64,000 bases of DNA from Eledone cirrhosa (Eukaryota), in NCBI GenBank assembly GCA_964016885.1, contig OZ024741.1, positions 182,652,001 through 182,716,000 of the forward strand, written 5' to 3'. Below, in pieces: positions 1 through 14,153 of the stretch. The notes beneath the pieces were generated by a model that was not told the origin of the DNA, ran no database searches, and was given only the letters and a program-made list of their open reading frames with translations. Every line of letters begins with the position of its first letter. The first letter of the stretch is position 1. The translations under genes and the position numbers were made by a program.

Positions 1-272
1 GCTTTTTATCCTTACGGGGTCGATAAAATAAAGTACCAGTAATACACTGCATATAATTGCTGGCCTTGTGCCAAAAGTAGGAACAATTATATGGTAGCAT
101 TGGTAAAGGGTTTGACATGCTTTCTAGCATAGAGTTACGTCCCTTTACGATCTGAGTTCAAATCCCGCCGAGGTTAACTTTGCCTTTCATCCATACGGGC
201 GTCGATAAAATAAAGTACCAGTAATGCACTGGGTAATTGCTGGCCTTGTGACAAAAGTAGAAACAATTATAA
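1..272 (+). mobile_element. Two tandem copies of a tRNA-derived SINE (Nin-domain-like body)
   Basis: B-box-like GAGTTCAAATCC, then GCCTTTCATCC..GGGGTCGATAAAATAAAGTACCAG..GGCCTTGTGCCAAAAGTAGAAACAATTAT; the family recurs across the window. Confidence 0.7.
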
Positions 273-826
273 CAATATACACCCGGACATAATAAATATA
301 TATTATGTTTCGCTATAAAATGCGAAGAAATCATAATACATACAAGAGATTCTCAACAGGTGTACCTGCAAATTATGAATTCCACATATGAGAGAGAGGA
401 GAGATAACTAACTTCTGAGACGCACATGGTGTCAACGAAAGAGCAGTGTAAATCAGTTAGTCCAAGGTGGCTTCAATAGGCTATTAGGTCGCTAGAAATA
501 GCAGTCCAGATCCAACCAAGTAGACAAAGGCTCTACAAATATTAATTAATAAATTAGGAGCCAAATATATCAAATCAAAAGGTAGAATTAAAAACTCACT
601 ATAATTGATTTATTCTTTTAAATAATTTGCATATAACGCCCCATCCGTAGTTTTTATGTTCTTTACCAAGGTGGTATTTTATCCTCTATTATCTGACATA
701 ATTTGTTGTGTGTCTTTCTCTCATTACTATGATTTATAAAGAGCTCTGTCTCTCTTCTTTGAGCTCCCTGGATCATAGGGGATTGTTGTGAGTTTTTAAC
801 TGTACCATTTGAGTTGATATTATACG

Positions 827-944
<118 letters not shown>

Positions 945-992
945 CATATGTGTGTGTGTATATATACACACACGTATATATATATATATATA

Positions 993-1285
<293 letters not shown>

Positions 1286-1387
1286 CGAGAGAGAGATATG
1301 AGGAGGGGGTAATGATGTAAAATTCCCACGGCGGCTCCAAGCGGTTTCGGCTTGTGTGTCTCAGAATTGATTCTCACGTCCGTTTAT

Positions 1388-1465
<78 letters not shown>

Positions 1466-2127
1466 CAAGCGATATTAACGGTCGTAAGAATGAATACTCA
1501 ATACCGAAGTAGAGTTTAAATATTCTTGATTCTGTCCATATGGTAAATCTTGTTAGTCTGAAGTTTCACAGGATCATCAGACTTGTCTTGCCTGGTGACC
1601 CTGTAAGTGCAAATACACGACAACATTGGAATGTTTTATTTATTCATTTATTCCTTATTACGTTATTTTTGATATACATAAGATTTAATGTTTTCGTTGG
1701 TCTCTCTTTCACGCTAGTCATACAATATATTATAAGCGGTCGGCAAATATTTTACGTTATTTTCTCCAAATTCACCAAAGTCCGATATATGTTACAATTA
1801 AACATTATATTTTACTTAATTCGCAAGTAACTGGTGTTATATTTGTGTTTGTGTGTGTCTGTGTATGTATGTGTGTAAATGTATGTAAATGTATATATGA
1901 AAGTATGATTGTATGTATATGTATATGCGTGTGTATATATTTTTTTTTCCATACAAAAAAAAGAGAGATTACATATGCTCAGAAAAATATGGAAGAAATA
2001 TGTAGAAAAAAACAAAACAAATACAAACCAAGAAAGTAAACAGAATTTAAAAAAATGATAGTAAATACAAAGGGAAACCAGAAGACAGAGATGATAGGGT
2101 AAAAATTATCAGAGTTATTTCCCCTTT

Positions 2128-2366
2128 TTACTGGAACGGTTTCTCAGAAATGTACGACTTCCGTTCCATATTCTCTACATAGATAGCGTTAGCAAGCAGC
2201 TGTCCAGAGACTGGTTTCTCGCTACAAGAGGACATTAAGAAGACGATGAAGGAGACGCAAGCAGTGACAAAGCTTATCACTGCCAAGAAAAAACTCCATC
2301 CGAGAGAGTAGAATTCTTTGGTGGCTTTCACTCCGAAAATGATAACACTCGTGAGGATACAGATAG
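2128..2366 (-). CDS. Claudin/PMP22-like gene, last coding exon (end of TM3, TM4, C-tail)
   Basis: Acceptor TTGTTTCTCTTTGGCAG|CT, phase 1; AICILTSVIIFG...YSLGWSFFLAVISF (GWSF motif before TM4) to stop at 2128; spliced CDS 205+150+239=594 nt. Confidence 0.85.
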
Positions 2367-2742
2367 CTGCCAAAGAGAAACAAGAGTTATAAAGTGTGTG
2401 TGCATTGAGAAAGATGATCAGCATACATTTAATATATAGTGATACCATAACATAATACATGTGTATATGTGTGCATATATATATGTGTGTCTCCTTTGTT
2501 CTGCCCTACACCTAACTCACAACACACAAAAACAAGATGGTGTAGGACAGAACACAGGAGAGACACAAAATAAAAACCTAGTCACTGAGGAGGTACAGAA
2601 TGTGTGACGATAGAGCATTGACAATATATAAACAACCTTCTGGTTATGGAACCAACCAACCGGAAATTTATAATAAATTGAAGTGAAAACCAAAGGTACA
2701 TGTGTTTTTATATTGGCAACATGACCCTCCCAAAGTATAACA

Positions 2743-2824
<82 letters not shown>

Positions 2825-3155
2825 GTGTGTGTGTGCTTACAACCTTTTCAAGTGAAAAGGCCTTGCACGGGAGCAATCTCACTCTCTCTGAACAGCGATG
2901 ACATGTTAAGGGGGAGTAACAGTTGTATGAGATATTTGGCTGTTATTTCTAGCGGGCCAGTCTTTTCTTATATTCCTATGCACATATAAAGACAAGTCAC
3001 ACTGGGCAAGTGTCTTCTATTGAGACCTTGAGTTGACTAATGCCTAGTAAGTTGAAGCTGGTAGGCAGTAACTGTGCGGAGGCTTTTCATATATATATAT
3101 ATATATATATACGATATTAAACAAATGGAAACTATATTTATAAAACCATATTTAT

Positions 3156-3215
3156 TTCATTATACATATTTCAGGGATACCATATTAAAAATATGGCATG
3201 CCTTCTTCAGATAAA
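3156..3215 (-). ncRNA. Type I hammerhead ribozyme (mirror copy of 3611-3670)
   Basis: Reverse complement of the 3611-3670 motif. Confidence 0.75.
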
Positions 3216-3610
3216 ATACAATATATTAGCAGTTTTATAAATAAATTTGACGTACCATAAAATATTGATCAACTTCCATTTAAAAAAGTTGGTTTGGTAG
3301 TGAAATGTTTGTAAATATTTAGTATTAAGCACAGTTATATCAATTTGTATGATGATTATTATTATTCATCTGTTACCTCAGCTGCCTCTCATTTTTCACC
3401 TCCTCACTATTTCTCTCTCCCATATCTCTCTCTATCTCTCTCTGTTTTTCTTTACATACATTTATTCCTTCTCTACGTCTTTCTTTTATAACTGTGCTTA
3501 ACACTAAATATTTACAAATATTTCACTACCAAACCAACTTTTTTAAATGGAAGTTGATCAATATTTTATGGTACGTCAAATTTATTTATAAAACTGCTAA
3601 TATATTGTAT

Positions 3611-3670
3611 TTTATCTGAAGAAGGCATGCCATATTTTTAATATGGTATCCCTGAAATATGTATAATGAA
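3611..3670 (+). ncRNA. Type I hammerhead ribozyme
   Basis: TTTAT-CTGAAGA-[AGGcATGCCATATT ttt AATATGGTATcCCT]-GAAA-TATGTA-TA-ATGAA; stems I and II pair; overlapping AATAAA follows. Confidence 0.75.
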
Positions 3671-3892
3671 ATAAATATGGTTTTATAAATATAGTTTCCA
3701 TTTGTTTAATATCGTTATTAACCAAAACTTGTTGAGTGCTTTATATCAGTTATAAAATATTTACTCGTTGTAACCCAACAATTTTAAATAAAACTTTTGC
3801 ATATATATATATACATTACATACATACATAAGCGTTAACCTAATATATTCCTTCTATATACTGTACCGATTGTGTTGTCATTTCTGTTTATC

Positions 3893-3934
<42 letters not shown>

Positions 3935-4129
3935 TGGAAAATGAGACAAATTCTTGGTTCAATAAGATATATTTGAAAAATTAGAAGAATGACTTCCCTG
4001 GTGGTTGGTATGTTTTAATAATCTAATGTTTGATAAAGAGACATTTTCTCTTTATAAAATATAATATAATATAACACATATATATAAGGAACGGTCGACT
4101 TTCGTCAAATCGGACCGAGGAAACAATGT

Positions 4130-4300
4130 TTCCATTGGTCTTTCCAGTTGCTAGTACTATCTATCGGTCGCAACTCCAGGTAGAAGGAGCAACGTGAAAT
4201 AAAGTGTCTTGCTGAAGGACATAACGCATCGCCCGGTCCAGGAATCGAACTCACAACCTCATGATTGCGAATCCAATTCTCTAACCACTCAGCCACACGC
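4130..4300 (-). mobile_element. tRNA-derived SINE
   Basis: A box TGGCTGAGTGG, B box GAGTTCGATTCC, followed by TGTCCTTCAGCAAGACACTT body; no complete cloverleaf. Confidence 0.7.
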
Positions 4301-4800
<500 letters not shown>

Positions 4801-5074
4801 TATTATATTATATTTTATAAAGAGAAAATGTCTCTTTATCAAACATTGGATTATTAAAACATACCAACCACCAGGGAAGTCATTCTTCTAATTTTTCAAA
4901 TATATCTTATTGAACCAAGAATTTATCTCATTTTCCAATATATATATATATATGTGTGGGGGGGGGGGTAAAAGGTAAACAGAAATAACAACACAATCGG
5001 TTCAGTATATGGAAGGAATATATTAGGTTAACGCTTGAAATAGCAGGAAGAGGTTCTTAATGTTTCGGACGCTA

Positions 5075-5806
5075 AGAAAAAAGCAAGAGCCCCGAGATAC
5101 CCAGTAGACAACTGATGAGGGAAACTCCCCCCCCCCCCACTCCCGCTCTTGCTTTCTTCTTACTCCCATTCCATTTTTAAGCCTACCTTAACTAGCAACT
5201 ACACAGCCAATCCTATTCTCCATATATTTTATCACATTTCGTTGTGACCCGTCTTCTCTCTCCTTCTACCTACCTATTTCGTTACTATCTACTCCTACTC
5301 CTCTTGCTTCATCTCCCTTTCTCCTTCTCACTTTCCCTCACCCTCTCTCTGTCAGCCACCTCATTGTTTTCCTCGCCTGACCCTCTAGCAGTCCTTTTCT
5401 CACTTACACTCGCTGGGGTCAGTCGTGTCTTTTCGTTCGCCCACACGCTCTTGAACTTATGTTCTGTTACCGCTGTCGTCTTCGATTTTCTTACCTTCCG
5501 TTGCTTGCACATTCCTCGGTTCGTTGTTGTTGTTGTTGTTTTTTCGCTGCTTTCTCTTTTCTTCCCTTTTTCCCTTTTCCCTTCTATTTTCCTTCTCTCC
5601 CTCCTCCGTTTTCCCAATAACTTTCCCAGTTATTGAACGCTATGGGGGTAGATATTCTGTCTTTAAAGCGTTGAAATATCCGAGACCCCCAGTAGATAAC
5701 TGATGAGGACTCCCCACCCCCCATCCCCTCCCGCCCTTGCTTTCTTCTTATTCTCATTATATTTTTAAGCCTAACTTAAATACCAACTACACAGCCATCC
5801 TATTCT

Positions 5807-5864
<58 letters not shown>

Positions 5865-6058
5865 GCTAGTTAAGTTAGGCTAAAAAATGGAATGAGAATA
5901 AGAAGAAAGCAAGAGCGGGAGGGGGGTCCTCATCAGTTATCTACTGGGGGTCTCGGATATTTCAACGCTTTAAAGACAGAATATCTAGACCCTGAGTGTT
6001 CAATAACTGGGTAAGTTATTGGGAAAACAGAGGAGGGAGAGAAGGAAAATAGAAGGAA

Positions 6059-6060
<2 letters not shown>
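5075..6060. repeat. Element with direct (5140-5225/5730-5812) and inverted (5580-5790/5862-6060) partial duplications, pLTR-like
   Basis: Shared CCAGTAGA(T/C)AACTGATGAGG and TTTTTAAGCCTA.CTTAA.TA.CAACT segments in both orientations. Confidence 0.55.
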
Positions 6061-6089
<29 letters not shown>

Positions 6090-6093
6090 CATA

Positions 6094-6656
6094 CATGGTG
6101 GCTGCCAACTCGTTTTCGAGTACTGCTACTACTTTATATCCATGTAGGAGAACCCCTACCGATACGCTGAACGAGTGTGACTTTTTAGTCCAGCCAGCGA
6201 CTTGAAAACTCTGGTACAAACACTACACTTGTGACAATTATTGACACATAGTGCTGGGCCCATGGTACCATGTGACGACAAGTGTAGAGAGATCTCCAGA
6301 TATAAAGCAATGCCTGTGCCGTGAAGCTTTTATAGTGAGCAAAGGCACTGCACAAAGCCAGTCCCACTCTCTTAACCAAGGTGATATTTACCAAAAAGAA
6401 GAACAAGTCAACATCATTGGATACCATCAGGGTTGCAGGTGTTATATCAGAGTTTTCCTTCTCCTAGAATTCTGCCTTGACAAAATCTAAGGGGTCATCT
6501 CTCCTGGTGATTTTGGATGGCCATTGACTCTTAAGAGCTCCTTTGGCCTTTGACAGGTTTTTTTTTTTTGTCCTGCAGAATGCCCAAAGTCACCCTCCTC
6601 ACCAAGAAACCTTGGTGGGGTTGCCAGTTTAGTCGCCAACGACCCGACCATGAGAC
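6094..6656 (-). mobile_element. Bipartite non-autonomous RTE-derived element, copy 1
   Basis: RTE-type 5'UTR (GGAGAAGGAAAACTCTG) joined to ORF end CSVCTRVFKSLAGLKSH and 3' end CTCGAAAACGAGTTGGCAGCCACCATG(TATG)n. Confidence 0.8.
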
Positions 6657-6687
<31 letters not shown>

Positions 6688-6735
6688 CATACATACATAC
6701 ATACATACATACATACATACATACATACATACATA

Positions 6736-7337
6736 CATGGTGGCTGCCAACTCGTTTTCGAGTACGGCCACTACTTTATATCCATGTAGGATATAAGGTA
6801 GCTGAACGAGTGTGACCTTTTTGTCCAGCCAGCGACTTGAAAACTCTGGTACAAACACTACACTTGTGACAATTATTGACACATAGTGCTGGGCCCATAG
6901 TACCATGTGACGACAAGTGCAGAGAGATCTCCAGATATAAAGTAATGCCTGTACCGTGAACCTTTTATAGTGAGCAAAGGCACTGCACAAAGCCAGTCCC
7001 ACTCTCTTAACCAAGATGATATTTACCAAAAAGAAGAACAAATCAACATCATTGGATATCATCAGGGTTGCAGGTGTTATATCAGAGTTTTCCTTCTAGA
7101 ATTCTGCCTTGACAAAGGCTAAGGGGTCATCTCTCCCGGTGATTTTTGGATGGCCATTGACTCTTAAGAGCTCCTTTGCTCTTTGACAGGTTTTGTTTTT
7201 AGTCCTGCAGGATGTCCAAAGTCACCCTCCTCACCAAGAAACCTTGGTGGGGTTGCCAGTTTAGTCGCCAACGACCCGACCATGGGATAGGTTGTACTGG
7301 GATACATGTTACCAGTAGCACCAACTGGTGACCTGAC
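6736..7337 (-). mobile_element. Bipartite non-autonomous RTE-derived element, copy 2 (full length)
   Basis: Near-identical to copies at 6094, 16677, 17411 and 50482; (CATA)n on both sides. Confidence 0.8.
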
Positions 7338-7388
7338 ATAATATATATATATACATAATATATATACATACATACATACATACATACA

Positions 7389-7480
<92 letters not shown>

Positions 7481-7487
7481 ATCATTT

Positions 7488-7661
7488 TCCGGCAGTATCG
7501 ATAGAGCGTCAGACACCATACTTTGCAGCATAGTTATGTCCCTTTGCGTTCTGAGTTCAAATCCGCCGAGATTAACTTTACCATTCATCCTTACGAGGTC
7601 TATAATATAAAGTACTAGTGATGTACCGAGGTAATCGCTGGCCTTGTGCCAAAAGTAGAAA

Positions 7662-7665
<4 letters not shown>
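7488..7665 (+). mobile_element. tRNA-derived SINE (same family as 1-272)
   Basis: CTGAGTTCAAATCC...GGCCTTGTGCCAAAAGTAGAAAC. Confidence 0.65.
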
Positions 7666-7696
<31 letters not shown>

Positions 7697-7697
<1 letters not shown>

Positions 7698-7935
7698 CGA
7701 AGGAAATGTGGTAAGGAACCCGATGGACCATAACGCACCAAAGTACTCAATACTTAAGGTAGTAGAGTGGGTAATAGGAACGAGTAGGACCCCGACGGCT
7801 GAGCTCAAGCCGTTTCGACGGCTAATTCTGAGCCGTCGGGGTCCTACTCGTTCCTATTACCCACTCTACTACCCTAAGTATTGAGTACTTTGGTGCGTTA
7901 TGGTCCACTTGGTTCCTTACCACATTTCCTTCGTT
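7697..7935. mobile_element. Fold-back element in (TA)n carrying a hammerhead 3' half (family also at 45809-46070 and 61429-61621)
   Basis: AACGAAGGAAATGTGGTAAGGAACC...GGTTCCTTACCACATTTCCTTCGTT inverted arms; minus strand reads GAAA-CGGCTTGAGCTCAGCCG-TC. Confidence 0.65.
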
Positions 7936-7942
7936 ATATATA

Positions 7943-7976
<34 letters not shown>

Positions 7977-8422
7977 GTGTAAATAATTTCAAAAAATGGA
8001 GAATTCAAAACGAAAAGAAAAGAGGAATCTAATAATGTTATTCAATGACAGGATTAAACAGCTATTTCAATTGATATCTGTCAGTTTTACGGCCTTCACC
8101 AGAATCATAATTATCACCATCTCTTTGAAAATTACCATTTTAAAGAGAATGGTTTTGTTTTTTCAGTAGTTTTACAACTTTTTTATTTTGCAAGGGAGAG
8201 AACTATCTGAAAAGACTGACCCTTAATTACATTATTTCTTTTTCGTTCTTTTTTTTTTTTTATATTGGATATATTGGATATATGTGTCGTATTACAATTT
8301 GGTTACCTTAGAGTTATGTTGTGAGTTAGAATAAATAGGAACAAAGATAAAAATGATGATGATGATGATGATAATGGTATCTAGTAGGAATGACAAGAGA
8401 TCAAAGTATTGAGTTTTCTTAC

Positions 8423-8572
8423 CTCCAATTAAGCAAAGTATTGCTGACGTAATCATAACCCGGCGGTAGTATAGCAGACTGGCAACGTAGAGATATATGG
8501 GTAGCACAACCAAAGGTATTGGCAGCACCATAATAGCCAGGCACAACAGACCACGTACAGCATAAAGGTAAG
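8423..8572 (-). CDS. Claudin/PMP22-like gene, coding exon 2 (TM2-TM3)
   Basis: Acceptor TTTTTCCAAAG|CT, donor GGAG|GTAAGA; 150 bp, phase 1/1; reads TYLYAVRGLLCLAIMVLPIPLVVLPIYLYVASLLYYRRVMITSAILCLIG in frame with exon 1. Confidence 0.85.
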
Positions 8573-8939
8573 CTTTGGAAAAATAATCAGAAACGAAATT
8601 ACAACAGTAGTTTGTGTATGTAGATATATATATATATATACATAAATATGTGTAAATATGATAATAAGGGCGCTGCGGAGTTGCAAATGGGTTACATATG
8701 AAAAAAGTTTGTCCTACATCAGTGATCTTCCAACTATCATAGGCATTTCATCGCTTTAAAGACCATATACCTCCGGTTGGTGCGAGCAACGGCTAAAAAA
8801 AGTCGTTGGGATACGTAAATAAAGGGGACGCGAGGGTAAACAAACAAAATGGTGAGGCAACAGAAAGTGAGGAAGAAGGAGACAAGTCCCAGACTTCTAT
8901 GAATTTAAGTTCGGTGAAATCGTGACACTGGCTTTACTG

Positions 8940-9906
<967 letters not shown>

Positions 9907-9995
9907 ATGTAGGAGGTGAGTTTTATTGTAGTACAATAAAGCAATGCAGATATCGGATAAGAAGCACTCTACAGTTTGTAGGACTGGAGTATACA

Positions 9996-10228
9996 TAATA
10001 TATAAGATCAAAAGATGGTTAAAAGAGTTCCATGTATTTCACTACGCGCACCCCAAAAACAAACATCATCATGCAACAACACATGTGTCTCCATCAGACA
10101 AAACAATATCATGTCTTCCTGTTTTGTCTGATGGAGACACCGGTGTTGTTGCATGATGATGTTTGTTTTGGGGGTGCGCGTAGTGAAATACATGGAACTC
10201 TTTTAACCATCTTTTGATCTTATATATT
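9996..10228. repeat. Near-perfect ~230-bp hairpin element next to (TA)n
   Basis: TATAAGATCAAAAGATGG...CCATCAGACAAAACA / TGTTTTGTCTGATGG...CCATCTTTTGATCTTATA. Confidence 0.85.
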
Positions 10229-10248
10229 ATATATATATATATATATAA

Positions 10249-11025
10249 TACATTATAAAGAAAGAAGAAAGATTAGACATAAATAAAAAAATATATATAA
10301 ATACCCAATATTCCTCTACATTCTCGACTGTGCAGTTTCGTGGCTACTTTGCAAAAACACTACATCATAGAGATGCAGTATTTCTGTGAGGTTTGCCAAC
10401 TTATCAAGAGAATACCTCATTTAAAGTTTCAAAATATGTCTGCAAGGCGCGAGAGAGAACCCGGAAAGGCGGAGGGGGAACTTATCACGTGATACAGCGG
10501 TCAAGAAACAGAGTTAAGCCTCTTACAACCAAGAGAAAAGTACCACAATGGCGGAGGGGGTATTATTATCTAGGCTACAGACGAGGTGGCTAAGGGGGGC
10601 TAGAAGGGTAAATAGTATAAGCTTGATAGCAGTCACTATACTTCTGTGGTTACTCTACCGCAGGGAGTTATATACAATATAAAGAAATACACAGATACAT
10701 GCGAATACATACATATACATGCATATACGCACATATATCCCAGAATTTGTAAGAGGCTTAACTCTGTTTCTTGACCGCTGTATCACGTGATAAATTCCCC
10801 CTCCGCCTTTCCGGGTTCTCTCTCGCGCCTTGCAGACGTATTTTGAAACTTTAAATGAAGTATTCTCTTAATAAGTTGGCAAACCTCACAGAAATACTGC
10901 ATCTCTATGGTGTAGTGTTTTTGCAAAGTAGCCACGAAACTGCGCAGTCGAGAATGTAGAGGAATATTGGTTATTTATATTTTTTTTATTTATGTCTAAT
11001 GTTTCTTCTTTCTTTATAATGTATT
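10249..11025. mobile_element. Fold-back element (arms ~10249-10527 / ~10746-11025) with degenerate hammerheads
   Basis: ATTCTC-TT(G/A)ATAA-GTTGGC...GCCAC-GAAA-CTG(CG/CA)CAG-TC-GAGAAT; stems are present but the CTGATGA core is mutated. Confidence 0.6.
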
Positions 11026-11211
11026 ATATAGCTCTGATATTGAGTCAATCTAATTCATTCAGATTATATTTGTCCCTATTAATCATAGAGCAACAACGGT
11101 TAAGGTTGGCACCACACGAATTCAGGGATATATATGTGTATATGCATGTATATGTGTGTATATGCATGTATACGTATGTATTCGCATGTATCTGTGTATT
11201 TCTTTATATTG

Positions 11212-11300
<89 letters not shown>

Positions 11301-11313
11301 TTAATATAGATGA

Positions 11314-11362
11314 GATTCTACAGGACTAGAACTGTTTCATTCATTAGAAATCATCAGGAATC
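11314..11362 (-). ncRNA. Type I hammerhead ribozyme (mirror copy)
   Basis: Exact reverse complement of 11364-11412. Confidence 0.8.
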
Positions 11363-11363
11363 T

Positions 11364-11412
11364 GATTCCTGATGATTTCTAATGAATGAAACAGTTCTAG
11401 TCCTGTAGAATC
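11364..11412 (+). ncRNA. Type I hammerhead ribozyme
   Basis: GATTC-CTGATGA-tTTCtaatGAAt-GAAA-CAGttctagtcCTG-TA-GAATC; stems I and III pair, GUA site. Confidence 0.8.
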
Positions 11413-11884
11413 TCATCTATATTAAAACTGTTATACTCTGCTATGTATTGAGTACCTTACTTACTGTGGTTACCTCCGATTCAACCCGGAATAACGTATA
11501 TATATATATATATATATATACACACAGTTCAAGAGTAACCAATCTTAAAGAGAGAGATGGAGATAGTGGAGGAGATATGAGAGGAGAGATTGGTGAGTAA
11601 GTTAGAAGCCAAAGCGTAAAGGCATGTGCTCAATGTGCAATATGCAGTAGAAATTTGCAATATGCAGTAGAATGTTAATTATTTTCAACTGAACCAGATC
11701 AATTATGATTTATAGTCATATGATGCAGAAATATTATATGGAGTAGCGAAACAATTGTAAACGGACATTATTATTATTAATATTATTATTATTCTCTACA
11801 TTCCTTACATCAAACTAAAATATGTTGACAATCTTTTAATAATGTCTTCCTTGTGAAGTTTGTGGTCTTGTTTTTCTTAACTAA

Positions 11885-12161
<277 letters not shown>

Positions 12162-12563
12162 CAAGTTTCACACGTCGTAGTTTTAATTAAAGTATGCTGG
12201 ATGCCTTGAGATGTAATCGCCTTTAGCTGAATCACCATGTCTGATGGGCAGATCAATACTGGAGTTGGGTCTATAACATCCATGTGAACCTTGAGCAAAT
12301 CATCTGCGAAATGTACGTAACGATAGATAACCAATAAAAACATCTAAGTGAAACTTCATAGTGTTAAACTTTAATTTATACTCTCAGCTTTAGCATGGAG
12401 TGTTTATATTGCAACCACATCCAGTAATCTACAAAATTACTGAATAACTTAAACTGTGTGTGGGGGGGGGGGATGTATTTCCGTAGAAGAGGTAAAGGAA
12501 AAAAGAGTGCTCTATGTATTATACAGAGCTATTTAATTATATAATAAACAACACAATATATTT

Positions 12564-12634
12564 ATTCCATTACCAAAGGTTTCACGAAGTTAGACGATTC
12601 TCCAGAAATGCCTAGTTCGTTCATCAGATGAAAT
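12564..12634 (-). ncRNA. Type I hammerhead ribozyme in left arm of fold-back 12476-12760
   Basis: ATTTCAT-CTGATGA-ACGAA...TTCGT-GAAA-CCtttGG-TA-ATGGAAT; all three stems pair. Confidence 0.8.
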
Positions 12635-12665
12635 ATCTATTTTATGGATATAAGATTTGAAATTA

Positions 12666-12737
12666 ATTTCACCTGATGAACGAACTAGATGTTTCTGTTA
12701 GACTCGTCTAATATCTGGAAACCTTAGGTAATGGAAT
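12666..12737 (+). ncRNA. Diverged hammerhead, right arm of the same fold-back
   Basis: ATTTCAC-CTGATGA-ACGAA...ATCTG-GAAA-CCttaGG-TA-ATGGAAT; base of stem II disrupted. Confidence 0.6.
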
Positions 12738-12770
12738 TATTATATTGTGTTGTTTATTATATATATATAT

Positions 12771-12965
12771 AAACGGAAAAAATGAAACGAAATTTCATTT
12801 CCCACTCTTAGTACGGCTGTTACTTAAATATAAGTATGTATACGTACATACATATATATAGTGTACGTCTGTCTACATATATGTATGTACGTATACATAC
12901 TTATATTTAAGTAACAGTCGTACTAAGAGTGGGAAATGAAATTTCGTTTCATTTTTTCCGTTTAT
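12771..12965. repeat. Hairpin element (one arm recurs at 45364-45445)
   Basis: AAACGGAAAAAATGAAACGAAATTTCATTTCCCACTCTTAGTACG and its reverse complement. Confidence 0.75.
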
Positions 12966-13075
12966 CATTTTCGGTGCACCCGGCCGATTAACCCACTCGA
13001 TATGCAAATTGGGCTACTCAGCCGTTAATATGCATAAGGTAAGTATATACGTTCAACAATCTGGCAGGAAGGTAT

Positions 13076-13118
13076 ACGTTGCTGACGATAGCTAATAAGC
13101 TTGAAACTAGTACAGCGT
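13076..13118 (+). ncRNA. Minimal type I hammerhead ribozyme
   Basis: ACGTTG-CTGACGA-tAGCTaataAGCTt-GAAA-CTAG-TA-CAGCGT; palindromic stem III ACTAGT. Confidence 0.75.
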
Positions 13119-13412
13119 TCCTTTGTTAGTGTTGAACAAACGAGCAACGATGGTTGCTGGACACTACGGCTTAATACGGGATGTTTGTTTACAAACACAC
13201 CGAGCATTATAATAAATGTTCGGTGAATCCATACGTACATATATATATGTGTGCATGTATGTATATATATACATACTACTGTACGTCTGTATACATATAT
13301 GTATGTACGTATACATACTTATATTTATATAATTATATATATCCCATATGTCCCAAGGCTCTGATACCATCAACACTATACACACAGAGCTGGCATATCT
13401 AAGAACTGACTA

Positions 13413-13468
13413 ACTGCCTGATGAGGTCATAGCCAGTCAATGGCTATCATCGAAATATATATAGCAGT
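13413..13468 (+). ncRNA. Type I hammerhead ribozyme followed by AATAAA
   Basis: ACTGC-CTGATGA-GGTcATAGCCAgtcaaTGGCTATcATC-GAAA-TATATA-TA-GCAGT-aAATAAA. Confidence 0.8.
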
Positions 13469-13513
13469 AAATAAAGGATTATGAGTTCATGCAATTGACT
13501 TATGTTTCGTCAC

Positions 13514-13631
<118 letters not shown>

Positions 13632-13806
13632 ATTTATATATATATATGTGTGTAAATGAAGTAATTCCGTCGGAAAAGTCCAGGAAAAAAGAGTGCTCTA
13701 TGTAGGTAACAGAGCTTAATAGTTATGTGATAAACAACATAAGGCAATTATATCATTTACCAGTGGTTTCTTAAAAGCAAAAAAATTTTGCTTTCAATCA
13801 TTTTTC

Positions 13807-13863
13807 TCATTCTGATGATTGAAAGCAACATTTTTTTGCTTTTAAGAAACCACTGGTAAATGA
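13807..13863 (+). ncRNA. Type I hammerhead ribozyme in fold-back 13718-13897
   Basis: TCATT-CTGATGA-TTGAAAGCAA...TTGCTTTTAA-GAAA-CCactGG-TA-AATGA; the left arm is its reverse complement, broken inside the core. Confidence 0.8.
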
Positions 13864-14066
13864 TATAATTGCCTTATGTTGTTTATTACATAACTATATA
13901 TATATATATATATATAGGGGGTGTAACTTGGAGTTACTGCAGGTTCACCCGGGAGAGCACTCAATGTTTAGGTTCACTTCTGTGATGAGGTGTAGAGCTA
14001 TACAGAGTGTAATATATTGAAAGGATAACAAGTACGATTGATTACTCCTTCATTACATTTATTGGT

Positions 14067-14153
14067 AGGTGACGCGCGTTTCGCCACTGATCAGCTCAAG
14101 GTTCGATCTGTATCGATCCTACCCGACTCAATGATCGGCAGCTCGACGGACCC
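14067..14153 (-). ncRNA. Degenerate hammerhead-like motif followed by AATAAA
   Basis: GGGT-CCGTCGA-GCTGCCGATCA...TGATCAGTGGC-GAAA-CGCGCG-TC-ACCT; core differs from CTGANGA at two positions. Confidence 0.45.

Larger units (their letters stand above)
3111..3800. mobile_element. Fold-back Penelope-like pLTR remnant with two inverted hammerheads, in (TA)n
   Basis: About 3111-3335 is the reverse complement of about 3489-3716; the right arm continues to AATAAA and (TA)n. Confidence 0.75.
11297..11497. mobile_element. Perfect palindrome (11297-11429) plus pLTR-like tail, in (TA)n
   Basis: Arms meet at GAATC-T-GATTC (centre 11363); same family at 49770-49918 and 50400-50467. Confidence 0.85.

Noticed and set aside
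1545-1595. Minus-strand CTGATGA-TCCTGT-GAAA motif
   Set aside because: No stem II and no NUH site with matching stem I; at best a decayed hammerhead
4215-4300. tRNA gene
   Set aside because: A and B boxes are present but it continues into a SINE body without a proper acceptor stem
6185-6490. Repeated 79-80 aa ORFs (MVSNDVDL..., MLGPWYHV...) as a small gene family
   Set aside because: They lie in the bipartite RTE-derived repeat; conservation reflects copy identity
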